A stretch of 64,000 bases of DNA from an uncultured bacterium (GTDB lineage Bacteria; Zixibacteria; MSB-5A5; GN15; FEB-12). Where the stretch lies: assembly GCA_965372795.1 (NCBI GenBank), contig CBDVDR010000005.1:97605-161604 (forward strand), written 5' to 3'. Position numbers and translations under genes: made by a program. Shown here piece by piece: positions 39,329 to 48,829 of this stretch. The notes below the pieces were generated by a model. It was not told the origin of the DNA, made no database searches, and worked only from the letters and a program-made list of their open reading frames with translations. Each line of letters starts with the position of its first letter. The stretch's first letter is position 1.

Positions 39329-40510
39329 ATGACACCTAAAAAAACAGATGCATCGAAAGAAAAGAAAAAAAGAGCCCGGTACATTCTAAATGTAGATAAA
39401 ATCCCATATCTGTCAGATATCGAAAAAGCTCAAATTAAAGAAGTTTCTAAGCGGTATGCATTCCGAACCAACGATTATTATCTTAATTTAATTGATTGGG
39501 AGGATCCTGATGATCCTATTCGCCGGTTAGTTATCCCTCACGTTGATGAATTAACCGAATGGGGGCAGTTGGATGCCTCAAATGAAGAGTCGATTACTGT
39601 TCGTAAGGGGGTTCAGCACAAATACGACTCAACCGTTTTATTACTTGTAAATGAGGTTTGTGGCGCATTTTGCCGTTATTGTTTCCGGAAGCGTCTTTTT
39701 ATGAACGGTAATGATGAGGTTACTTATGACATCAAACCTGGCTTAGACTATATTCAGAGTCACCCTGAGGTTAGTAATGTACTATTAACCGGTGGTGATC
39801 CGATGATTCTACAAACCCCCAAACTCGAAAAAATATTTTCTGAAATTAGAAAAATTGATCATGTAAAGATAATTCGAATCGGATCAAAAATGCCGGCGTT
39901 TAACCCCTTCCGATTTATTAATGATGACTACTTAATGGAAGTATTCAAAAAGTATTCACAAGCTGATCGCCGTATATATATGATGTGTCATTTTGATCAC
40001 CCAAGAGAGTTGACACCAGAAGCTCGTGAAGGAATCAAACGCATTATTGATGCCGGAGTTATCTGTATAAACCAAAATCCGATTATTAAGGGCATATCTG
40101 ACAATCCGAAGGTTATGGCTGATTTGTGGAATGAACTTTCATTTATGGGGGTTCAGCAATATTATTTATTCCAGGGACGTCCAACCGCCGGAAACGAACC
40201 GTATGAACTCCCGATTGTAGATGCATATTTTAAAATCGAAAAAGCCAAAAAGATATGTTCCGGTCTGGGAAAACGGGTTAAGTTTGTTATGTCACATGAA
40301 TCCGGTAAAATTGAGATAATCGGTGTTGATCACAAACATATTTATTTGAAATACCATCGGGCTAAACATCAAAAAGATGAACAGCGCTTGCTTGTTTGTC
40401 GACGTGATGATTCGGCTTATTGGTTAGATCAGTTAAAACCGGCAACCGGATATTCAAACGAATACTACAACGATACTATTATGATTAATAATAGCCAAAT
40501 ACTGAACTAA
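39329..40510 (+). CDS. KamA-family radical SAM aminomutase-like protein
   Basis: DDPIRRLVIP, QHKY, CGAFCRYCFRKR (CxxxCxxC), LLTGGDP, IRIGSK, HFDHPREL. Confidence 0.92.
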   Translation: MTPKKTDASKEKKKRARYILNVDKIPYLSDIEKAQIKEVSKRYAFRTNDYYLNLIDWEDPDDPIRRLVIPHVDELTEWGQLDASNEESITVRKGVQHKYDSTVLLLVNEVCGAFCRYCFRKRLFMNGNDEVTYDIKPGLDYIQSHPEVSNVLLTGGDPMILQTPKLEKIFSEIRKIDHVKIIRIGSKMPAFNPFRFINDDYLMEVFKKYSQADRRIYMMCHFDHPRELTPEAREGIKRIIDAGVICINQNPIIKGISDNPKVMADLWNELSFMGVQQYYLFQGRPTAGNEPYELPIVDAYFKIEKAKKICSGLGKRVKFVMSHESGKIEIIGVDHKHIYLKYHRAKHQKDEQRLLVCRRDDSAYWLDQLKPATGYSNEYYNDTIMINNSQILN

Positions 40511-40527
40511 TATTATATGATTATATC

Positions 40528-40558
40528 AAGGGGCTTACATCTGTAAGCCCCTTTTTTT
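40528..40558. terminator. Intrinsic terminator between convergent genes
   Basis: AAGGGGCTTAC-ATCT-GTAAGCCCCTT followed by a T run. Confidence 0.88.
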
Positions 40559-41315
40559 ATTTTTTATGTACTATAGTAGCTGATGATTGATCGGAAGGAA
40601 GTACAATAACTTCGGCGATCTGAACATGGGCAGGACGGCTTGCCACCCAAACAACAGTTTCACCAACATCCTCTTTGGTCAAAGGTTTGAACCCTTTATA
40701 AACCTTTTCAGCCTTTTCTTTATCGCCATAAAAGCGTACTTCGGAAAATTCGGTTTCCACTAAGCCGGGATCAACGGTAGAAACAATAACTCCGGTTCCG
40801 TTCAAATCTATTCTCATTCCTTTTGTAATTGCATCAACCGCATGTTTTGAAGCACAATATACATTCCCACCCGGATATACTTCATGACCGGCAATAGACC
40901 CTATATTTATGACCTGCCCCTGCCCCCTTTTAACCATTCCGGGAAGAACCGCCCGACTGACAAACAGAAGTCCTTTTATATTAGTATCCAGCATATCTTC
41001 CCAGCCGGATATCTTGCCTTCGTAAATTTTTTCCAAACCTCTTGAAAGACCGGCGTTATTTACCAGGATATCAATATCAGCCCATTCCGATGGAAGTGAA
41101 TCGACTGCCTTTTGAACTGATTCCTGATTTCTAACATCCAACTCTATTATATGAGTATCAACCTCTAATTTTTGAGCTAATTTCTCGAGACGGTCTTTTC
41201 TCCGGGCTGCAAGTATTAGTTTTGCCCCTGCTGCTGCAAACTTTATTGCAGTTCCTTCCCCTATTCCGGATGATGCTCCCGTTATCATTATTACTTTATT
41301 TTTGAGTTCAGTCAT
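40557..41315 (-). CDS. Short-chain dehydrogenase, YdfG-like (NADP-dependent 3-hydroxy acid dehydrogenase family)
   Basis: TGASSGIG, NNAG, YCASK, PGLVETEFSEVRF. Confidence 0.88.
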   Translation of the reverse strand: MTELKNKVIMITGASSGIGEGTAIKFAAAGAKLILAARRKDRLEKLAQKLEVDTHIIELDVRNQESVQKAVDSLPSEWADIDILVNNAGLSRGLEKIYEGKISGWEDMLDTNIKGLLFVSRAVLPGMVKRGQGQVINIGSIAGHEVYPGGNVYCASKHAVDAITKGMRIDLNGTGVIVSTVDPGLVETEFSEVRFYGDKEKAEKVYKGFKPLTKEDVGETVVWVASRPAHVQIAEVIVLPSDQSSATIVHKK

Positions 41316-41663
41316 ATTTCCCTCATTATTAAATGATATGTTATCTGGTCTAATTAAATTGCCAATTAGAAAATTATCAAGCCTGAAGAATATTTATTCA
41401 ATAATTGAGTTTCAGATCATGAAATATTGAAGTCTGTTGCATACTCCGATAAATGAGCTAATATCCTCAGCTCAACGTAAGCCGAAGAGTAACAGCAACA
41501 TAACTAACTAATACTAAATTTGCTTGTTTCGGCTTGAAACGGCATGAATTTCGCAACAAATAAAAATGAAACATCTCGCTAAATTTTGACCGGAATATAC
41601 CCGATAAATAGATAGGCTGTCGTAATAGCCTTTCGGGATATTTTGTTGCGAAAGGAATTGAGT

Positions 41664-41810
41664 ATGACGACAGAAAAGAAAAAAGAAGTTTTTGTTCCGC
41701 TGCCAAACAAAAATTGTTGGCACTTATACAGTCTTCAGAATATGCCATGTAAGAAGCTGGCGAAGGTTGTGAACAAAATTCTTAAACGGGAATTTATGTT
41801 GATCAAGTAG
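41664..41810 (+). CDS. Possible 48-aa basic small protein, below the ORF-track cutoff
   Basis: AAAGGA RBS 7 nt before ATG; MTTEKKKEVFVPLPNKNCWHLYSLQNMPCKKLAKVVNKILKREFMLIK. Confidence 0.3.
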   Translation: MTTEKKKEVFVPLPNKNCWHLYSLQNMPCKKLAKVVNKILKREFMLIK

Positions 41811-41926
41811 AAGAATGACTTGACAATTCTTCTCAATACCAATACTTTCTTCGCTTGATCTGAAGTTAAAACTTGACCCATGTGGGTTTTTAAAGGATTA
41901 TTAAGTACTATTTATTGGATTAGGCG

Positions 41927-42823
41927 ATGTTGAAAAAGAAAATAACTCTTATGTTTATTCCCTCTACAACGGGAATATCACGACAAATCAATATTCCGGT
42001 TTACCAGATTTATCTTAGTCTTGCGGCTATCCTAATTTTGGTAGTTAGCACTTTCTACCTTTCAGCTGAATTTTTCGGTAATAAAGTAGCAACCAACGAG
42101 CTTGAAAAACTAAGATCTGAAAATGCAAAGCTCAGCGACGACTTTGAACAAATGCGCTGGAACCTTGCCGAAGTTGAAAACAGGTACGCTACCTTAGTTG
42201 ATAATGAAATAAAAATCCGTCATTTGTTTGATCTCCCTGAAATTAACAAAGAAGAACGACTGCTCGGTATTGGCGGACCAATTACCCCAAATTTTGAATC
42301 TTTTTCAGCGACTGAACAGCAAGCTTTTATGACAGAGCTTGAAGTTGATCGACTTTTAAAATTATCATCATTTGAACTTGAAAAATATAATGACATTGAA
42401 AATTCTCTTAACGGTATCAAAGACCGTTTAAATCATACTCCTTCCATCAGACCTGCCAAAGGCTGGCTTAACAGTAATTTTGGCATGAGAAACGACCCAT
42501 TCACCGGTTATAACCGGATGCATAATGGTTTGGATATTTCCAATCGAAAAGGTACGCCGATTATCGCTCCTTCTGATGGGGTTGTTAGAATGGTTACCCG
42601 CTCCAATGATCTTGGAAGACTAATCGTTATTGACCATGGGTATGGATTTAGAACCCGATACGGTCATCTTTCAAAAATTAATGTGAAAAAAGGACAAAAA
42701 GTTAAACGGGGTGATGTCATTGGCTTGATGGGTTCAAGCGGCTATTCAACCGGGTCACATTTGCATTATGAAGTTCTCAGAAATAATAAATTTACAAATC
42801 CGAAAAAATTTATTTTAAACTAA
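41927..42823 (+). CDS. M23 family peptidoglycan endopeptidase
   Basis: N-terminal TM helix and coiled coil, HNGLD, YGHL, STGSHLHYEV. Confidence 0.93.
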   Translation: MLKKKITLMFIPSTTGISRQINIPVYQIYLSLAAILILVVSTFYLSAEFFGNKVATNELEKLRSENAKLSDDFEQMRWNLAEVENRYATLVDNEIKIRHLFDLPEINKEERLLGIGGPITPNFESFSATEQQAFMTELEVDRLLKLSSFELEKYNDIENSLNGIKDRLNHTPSIRPAKGWLNSNFGMRNDPFTGYNRMHNGLDISNRKGTPIIAPSDGVVRMVTRSNDLGRLIVIDHGYGFRTRYGHLSKINVKKGQKVKRGDVIGLMGSSGYSTGSHLHYEVLRNNKFTNPKKFILN

Positions 42824-42883
42824 TCCAACAGAAAATTTTCACAATTTTTTCATGAATTGTGGATTCAGCGTGTCTTTTTTCCC

Positions 42884-42911
42884 TTGACATAAACTAATTT
42901 TTATTTATATT
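42884..42911 (+). promoter_or_regulatory. Putative sigma70 promoter
   Basis: TTGACA-N16-TATATT. Confidence 0.55.
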
Positions 42912-43025
42912 GTATTTGCTGCAACAAACGTCTAATACATAAATCATCGAAACTGCCTGAATAAATGTTAATTGGAACTTTGGCTAATATATTTTTGTTA
43001 CAAAAATATAGGAAAATAAGTTGCC

Positions 43026-43658
43026 ATGGGAAAGCTATACGGAATGAAACCCTCTTCATCAGAATACAAAAACGATATAGGCGATGAGTTAAAAGTCAAA
43101 GCCCTGATCATCAAAGTCAAAGCTGGAGATCAGAAAGCTTTTTCTTCGCTTGTCAGTTTATATAAAAATCAGGTGGCTTCGCTTGCCTATAAAATGGTCA
43201 ACGATTATGATGAAGCGGCTGATATAACACAGATTGTATTTGTAAAAATGGCAAAAAATATCTGGCGTTATGATGAAAAGAAAAAGTTTTATACATGGCT
43301 CTACAGAATTACCGTCAATGCCTCGATTGACTATATCCGTAAACATAAACGCCACCGTCACGAACCGCTTGAAAACTTCAATGAATCTATCGAGAGCAAT
43401 GTCATAGGTCCGGAAACATCCTATAATCGCCAGCAGATCAATTCATTTATTAAAACCGCCACTGAGAACCTCAATGAGAAACAACGTTCTGCTTTTCTAC
43501 TCCGAGATGTGGAAGGTTGTAAAATTGATGATGTGGCAAATATCATGAATATGCCTGAAGCGACTGTCAGGTGGTACCTGCATCGAGCCCGGACAAAAAT
43601 AAAAAAAGAACTTATAAGAAAATGCCCTCAGCTTTTATTACTTTTAGGCATAAAATAA
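43026..43658 (+). CDS. ECF RNA polymerase sigma factor (RpoE/SigW-like)
   Basis: GDQKAFSSLV, DITQIVF, FYTWLYRITVN, ATVRWYLHRAR. Confidence 0.92.
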   Translation: MGKLYGMKPSSSEYKNDIGDELKVKALIIKVKAGDQKAFSSLVSLYKNQVASLAYKMVNDYDEAADITQIVFVKMAKNIWRYDEKKKFYTWLYRITVNASIDYIRKHKRHRHEPLENFNESIESNVIGPETSYNRQQINSFIKTATENLNEKQRSAFLLRDVEGCKIDDVANIMNMPEATVRWYLHRARTKIKKELIRKCPQLLLLLGIK

Positions 43659-43703
43659 AATAATTCATAAGCCATATCCCCATAAAATTGTTATAATAAA
43701 ATA

Positions 43704-45908
43704 ATGAATAATACCAGTGAATTAACTTTAAAAATCAACGGGATGCATTGCGCCAGCTGTGTCAACAGTATCGAAAAGGGACTTATCAAATCGGACGGGA
43801 TCATTGACTGTAAAGTGAACCTCGCCTTGAACTCTGCGGTGGTTAAATTTAACAGTTCTACCATAACAAAGCCGAACATTATTGAAAATATCACCAAACT
43901 TGGTTTTGGTGCAGAGGTGGGTAAACCTGATATCCTTACCAGTAATAAAAAACAATTGAAGGATGCCTCATTAAATTTTCGCGTAGCTTTTGGTTTTTCT
44001 GTTCCGCTTATGTTTTTTTCAATGTACCCAATGTTTGTCGGTGATTACGTTATAAGTTCATTCATTGATGGAATAAGCCAGGCAATACTCTCGGCAATCG
44101 TTCTTTTCTGGTCAGGAAGATCAATTTTAAAGGATGCTTTTAATCAGTTAAAGTATTTCCGTGCCAATATGAACAGTTTGGTGGCTCTGGGCACTTTGAC
44201 AGCCTTTTTCTGGAGCATTTATATATTTTATAATAATCCTCAAAATTATCATGAAAAACTGTATTTTGAATCAGCAGGAATGATAATAGCTCTGATACTT
44301 CTGGGGAAATTTCTTGAAGCTCGATCCAAGGGACGAGCCGGCGAAGCGATCAAAGCACTGGTAAAACTTCAGCCTTCAAAAACCTTAGCCCTGATTAATA
44401 ATGTAGAAATTGAGATAGACGCTGCCTCGGCTCAAATTGGAATGGAATTAATTGTCAGACCGGGTGAAAGAGTCCCCGCCGATGGAATGATTTCCGAAGC
44501 AAATCCGATCATTGATGAATCTATGTTAACCGGAGAGTCGATGCCGGTTGAAAAGAGTGTGGGTGATGAAGTTATTGGAGGTTCCCTAAATGGAAACGTC
44601 TCCTTTAATATGAAAGTTACCAATACCGGTGAGAAAAGTTTTCTATCATCAATTATCCGATTAGTAAGTGATGCCCAGAGTAAAAAAGCACCGGTACAGA
44701 AACTTGCCGACAAAGTCGCCGGCGTATTTGTTCCAATAGTAATACTGATTTCAATCCTGACTTTTACCGGATGGTATTTTTATGATCCTTCTTCCCCCAT
44801 GCTTATCAAGGGTTTTATATCAGTTTTAATTATCGCCTGCCCTTGTGCGCTTGGACTGGCAACCCCGACTGCTATTCTTGCCGGAACCGGACGGGCAGCC
44901 AAAGAAGGGATTATAATTCGCGGGGGTGATATTTTGGAGAATATTTCCAAATTGGATACGATAATATTCGACAAAACCGGGACCTTGACTTATGGGAAAC
45001 TTGATGTCATTAAAATCCAAACCTTCGGAGATATGACTGATCGTAATCTGTTAAAAATTATAGGATCGGCTGAAATCAGAAGCGAACATCCGGTCGCAAA
45101 AGCTCTGGTCGGATACATGAAACGGGAGCAGATCGAACCGGCAAATATAAAAAATGTTGAAGCTCTACCCGGATTTGGAATCAAAGCTGACTGGAATGGA
45201 CGTCCTTTATTAATTGGTAATCGACTCTTGCTTGAAAAAAATCAGATTAAACTGGGTAAGGCTTTATCTGAAAGTGAAAAAGAGATGTCGCAGGGACGTA
45301 CGGTAATTTTTGCCTCATTAGATTCTCATACGGTGGGCATGGTTGTATTATCTGACCGTCTGCGATCTGAAAGTACCGAAGTTATATCAAAACTAAAAGC
45401 AAATTTCCTAAAAATTATGATGATTACCGGCGATAATAGCATCACAGCTCAAGGTATTTCTTCTCTGGCTGGAATTGATGATTTCTTTGCTGAAATTCGC
45501 CCGGAACAAAAAAAATATATTGTCGAATCCTGTCGCAAATCCGGAGCAAATGTTGCTATGATAGGCGATGGTATTAATGATGCGCCGGCATTGGCTATGG
45601 CAAATATTGGGGTTGCAATTGGGAGCGGGACTGATATCGCTATTGAAACTGCAGATGTTGTTCTGGTTAGGTCACATTTAGACAGTTTGCTTAAAATGTT
45701 AAAGATATCCAAAAGCAGCATGAACATAATAAAACAAAACCTGTTCTGGGCATTTTCCTATAATATTATTGCTATCCCGTTAGCAGCAGGGCTTTTCTAC
45801 CCATTTTTCGGAATAAGTCTATCTCCCATGATTGCAGCCGGAGCGATGGCATTTTCGTCTGTATTTGTAGTCTCAAATTCTCTGCGACTAAATAATATAA
45901 AACTATAA
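43704..45908 (+). CDS. copA: Copper-translocating P1B-type ATPase
   Basis: HMA motif GMHCASC, TGES, CPCALGLA, DKTGT, SEHP, GDGIND, plus YN and MAFSS (P1B-1 signatures). Confidence 0.92.
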   Translation: MNNTSELTLKINGMHCASCVNSIEKGLIKSDGIIDCKVNLALNSAVVKFNSSTITKPNIIENITKLGFGAEVGKPDILTSNKKQLKDASLNFRVAFGFSVPLMFFSMYPMFVGDYVISSFIDGISQAILSAIVLFWSGRSILKDAFNQLKYFRANMNSLVALGTLTAFFWSIYIFYNNPQNYHEKLYFESAGMIIALILLGKFLEARSKGRAGEAIKALVKLQPSKTLALINNVEIEIDAASAQIGMELIVRPGERVPADGMISEANPIIDESMLTGESMPVEKSVGDEVIGGSLNGNVSFNMKVTNTGEKSFLSSIIRLVSDAQSKKAPVQKLADKVAGVFVPIVILISILTFTGWYFYDPSSPMLIKGFISVLIIACPCALGLATPTAILAGTGRAAKEGIIIRGGDILENISKLDTIIFDKTGTLTYGKLDVIKIQTFGDMTDRNLLKIIGSAEIRSEHPVAKALVGYMKREQIEPANIKNVEALPGFGIKADWNGRPLLIGNRLLLEKNQIKLGKALSESEKEMSQGRTVIFASLDSHTVGMVVLSDRLRSESTEVISKLKANFLKIMMITGDNSITAQGISSLAGIDDFFAEIRPEQKKYIVESCRKSGANVAMIGDGINDAPALAMANIGVAIGSGTDIAIETADVVLVRSHLDSLLKMLKISKSSMNIIKQNLFWAFSYNIIAIPLAAGLFYPFFGISLSPMIAAGAMAFSSVFVVSNSLRLNNIKL

Positions 45909-45958
45909 GCTCTAAATTCCTCCTCTTTAAATAAATTTCAAAAATCTGCATCTTTTCA

Positions 45959-45985
45959 TTAACAAATTGCCTGATTATCCGATAA
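45959..45985 (+). promoter_or_regulatory. Possible sigma28-type promoter of the kinase-cheV operon
   Basis: TTAA-N15-TCCGATAA. Confidence 0.45.
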
Positions 45986-46023
45986 TAAGAAAAAATAATA
46001 GATTTGGGCTAAATTGAATAGAT

Positions 46024-46785
46024 ATGTCTACTACTAAAATTGTTTCAAAAAGAAAAAAAACTCCACCATTGAAAAAAGGTCAGGAAGTTGATAAATGGCT
46101 GGAAATATTTTCATTATTCATTCATGATATCGAATCCCCGTTGGCATCAATGAAGTATCTGTTAAAGCTACTCAATGAAAACCGGCTTGATCTCGACAAA
46201 CCCATACATCAAAGGATATTGAAGTCAACAGAGATTTCTTTGGTGCGGGCAGAATCAATAATTTACGATATCATGGCGGTCGCCAAATCAGGCAATGCCA
46301 CTTTTCCGGTAAATTTTATTAATCTGGCTCCTGAAACTATAATCAAGGAAGCAATCGATTTAGTTTCTGGTTCGGCTGAAGAAAAAAACATTAAAGTCAT
46401 TTTTAAAAACAACAGTGGTAACACTGCTATTAAAGCGGACCCAAAATTATTAAAGAGAGTCTTAGATAATTTACTTTTTAATGCGGTTCGACATACTCCC
46501 GATGGAAGTGAAATCTGTGTTTACACAGAACTTTCAACTGAAAATGTTACAATCCACATCAAAGATTCCGGATCAGGTCTCGGAGATATTGATCCGACAA
46601 TTCTGTTTGAAAAATATGGTCAAGTCGAACTTCGCGCAGAAAGAAAACATCGCGGGGTTGGCTTAGGATTGTATTTTTGCAAACTTGCTGTCAGTGGTAT
46701 GGGAGGCACAATTTTAGCTGATGATCACCCAAATGGTGGAGCAGTTTTTTCAATCATGTTAAATAAGGCTACGGAGATAAAATGA
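46024..46785 (+). CDS. Cytoplasmic histidine kinase without a sensor domain
   Basis: H box IHDIESPL, N box NLLFNAVRH, DSGSG, GVGLGL. Confidence 0.88.
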   Translation: MSTTKIVSKRKKTPPLKKGQEVDKWLEIFSLFIHDIESPLASMKYLLKLLNENRLDLDKPIHQRILKSTEISLVRAESIIYDIMAVAKSGNATFPVNFINLAPETIIKEAIDLVSGSAEEKNIKVIFKNNSGNTAIKADPKLLKRVLDNLLFNAVRHTPDGSEICVYTELSTENVTIHIKDSGSGLGDIDPTILFEKYGQVELRAERKHRGVGLGLYFCKLAVSGMGGTILADDHPNGGAVFSIMLNKATEIK

Positions 46786-47738
46786 AAAATATAAAATTAG
46801 ACGCCGAATCATATTTGAAGACCGGTTCAAATGAACTTAGAATTTTAGAGTATCGAACTGCCGGAATGTCTTTTGGGATTAATATTCTCAAAGTTAGTAA
46901 GATTATTTCCAATCTTGAAAATTTTACCCAGGTCCCCGAATCTCATAATGCTATCAAAGGCATGTTCAAAGATATGGACCATTTGATTCCGGTAGTGGAT
47001 CTGGCATCCTTTCTGGATGTCGAAAATAAAAACTCAAACAAACAAAAAGTTATTGTAACTGAATTTTTTGGCATGATGACCGGTTTCCTGGTTGATAGAA
47101 TCGATTGGATTCATCATTTCAAATGGGAAGATGTCATTGATGCCCAAAAAGTGTTCTCAAATATTGATCACCCCTATGTTCTTGGAATAGTTAAACCGAC
47201 AGAAAAACGAATGATTCAGCTATTGGATTATGAAACTATTTTACTTGATCTCAATCCTGAGCTAAAAATTCAGGGGTCAACAGTCACCAGTTCGAGCAAT
47301 TCTTTTGAAGGTAAAAAAGTTCTTATAGCCGAAGATTCACCAGCTGTTAGATCGATGCTGATTAATGAGTTGACGGAATTAGGATTTAAAGTCGTTGCTA
47401 CATCTGACGGTTTAAAGGGGTGGGAAGCTTTTCAAAAAGATAATTTTGATTTAGTGATCTGCGATGTTGAAATGCCTCAGATGGACGGCTTGGCATTAAC
47501 CATGAGAATAAGACAGTCTGACCATGCTGATATTCCGGTAATAGTATATTCTTCAATTGGTGATATCGGAATGAAATCCCGGGCTAAATTTTTAAAAGCA
47601 GATGCTCATATCACAAAACTCAATCTTGATAAACTTATCTCGACTGCTGACAAATTGATGAAGGGTGAAAAAGTAGAGTTTGGCGGTGAAGATTTCGAAA
47701 CTCAAGAAATTGAAACTGAAGCAGCTGTCGAAGTCTAA
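46782..47738 (+). CDS. cheV: CheV-type protein (CheW plus receiver domain)
   Basis: TGSNELRILEY..FGINILKV (CheW-like), then AEDS, DVEMPQMDG and SS..K (REC). Confidence 0.85.
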   Translation: MKNIKLDAESYLKTGSNELRILEYRTAGMSFGINILKVSKIISNLENFTQVPESHNAIKGMFKDMDHLIPVVDLASFLDVENKNSNKQKVIVTEFFGMMTGFLVDRIDWIHHFKWEDVIDAQKVFSNIDHPYVLGIVKPTEKRMIQLLDYETILLDLNPELKIQGSTVTSSSNSFEGKKVLIAEDSPAVRSMLINELTELGFKVVATSDGLKGWEAFQKDNFDLVICDVEMPQMDGLALTMRIRQSDHADIPVIVYSSIGDIGMKSRAKFLKADAHITKLNLDKLISTADKLMKGEKVEFGGEDFETQEIETEAAVEV

Positions 47739-47845
47739 TTGAATAAATTAACAGCTTATTAAATTTTTCCATTCTGTTAATTTTTTCTATTCTATTACTT
47801 CCCATTGAGTTCAAATATTTGTAAATTCATCTAAAAGGTGAAAAT

Positions 47846-48829
47846 ATGTCAAAATTGAACCCGACACCAAAAACTGGTTTTATTCTATTTATCTCACTAA
47901 CTGTTGTCCTGTTTGGACAGGCTGTCTGGTGGATTGCCTTTATGGCAACTTTGATAAATGAAAAAGTAGAAATGGCAACTGACCTTGGTGCCGATAAAAA
48001 ATTTATTGAAATGGTTCAAAGCCAGGAAATTTCCCGCCAGATCATGATTGGTATGGAAGGTGTTTTCTTTTTATCTCTGGTCCTTGCCGGAGCCTGGCTG
48101 ATTTATCGGGCTTTGAGAAAAACCGAAGAATTAAAATTTCACCAACAAAATTTTCTGATGGCGGTTACCCATGAATTAAAAACCCCGATTGCCTCGATGA
48201 AAATTTATATCGATTCTCTTCAATCTCCAAAAATTACTGATGAAAAAAAGTCAGAAATTTTCCCTAAAGTTAAAAAAGATATAATTCGCTTAGAAAAACT
48301 CGTCGAAAATATCCTTGATGCCGGCAGATTTGATCGAAGCGGATATCATCTTGATAAAGATAATTTTGATTTATCTAAAATGCTCAATCGGGCAGTCGAT
48401 AAAATTGAAGCCCTTCCCTCCAAGATACCCGTAAATATTAATCGTTTAATTGAACCTTCATTTCAAATTTTCGGTGATGAAAAGGCTCTTCAAAGAGCAA
48501 TCGATTCAATTTTGGAGAACAGTTTAAACTATAACGATAAAAATGACATTAAAGTTGAAATTTCACTAAGTATTAAAAATAACAAAATTGAAATTTCTAT
48601 AAAAGATAACGGCATTGGCCTTATTAAAAAAGACAAAACCGAAATTTTCAATCGCTTTTACAGGGTTGGAGAAGAAATTAGAAGATCCGGACCCGGAACG
48701 GGGCTCGGCTTATATTTATCACGTGAGATAATCAATGCTCATGATGGGACAATTAAGGCTGACTCTGACGGGATTGGAAAAGGTTCAATATTCACTATAA
48801 TTTTAAAGAATAATAAAAAATGGCAGTAA
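47846..48829 (+). CDS. Membrane sensor histidine kinase
   Basis: Two TM helices, THELKTPI, DNGIG, FYRV, GTGLGL. Confidence 0.93.
   Translation: MSKLNPTPKTGFILFISLTVVLFGQAVWWIAFMATLINEKVEMATDLGADKKFIEMVQSQEISRQIMIGMEGVFFLSLVLAGAWLIYRALRKTEELKFHQQNFLMAVTHELKTPIASMKIYIDSLQSPKITDEKKSEIFPKVKKDIIRLEKLVENILDAGRFDRSGYHLDKDNFDLSKMLNRAVDKIEALPSKIPVNINRLIEPSFQIFGDEKALQRAIDSILENSLNYNDKNDIKVEISLSIKNNKIEISIKDNGIGLIKKDKTEIFNRFYRVGEEIRRSGPGTGLGLYLSREIINAHDGTIKADSDGIGKGSIFTIILKNNKKWQ

Noticed and set aside
41467..41748. 93-aa and 69-aa minus-strand ORFs
   Set aside because: No clear RBS or protein-like features; the region is better explained by RNA structure or the + strand small ORF
43026..43658. CorE-like copper-sensing ECF sigma
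   Set aside because: No CxC motif or Cys-rich C-terminal domain; only two isolated Cys
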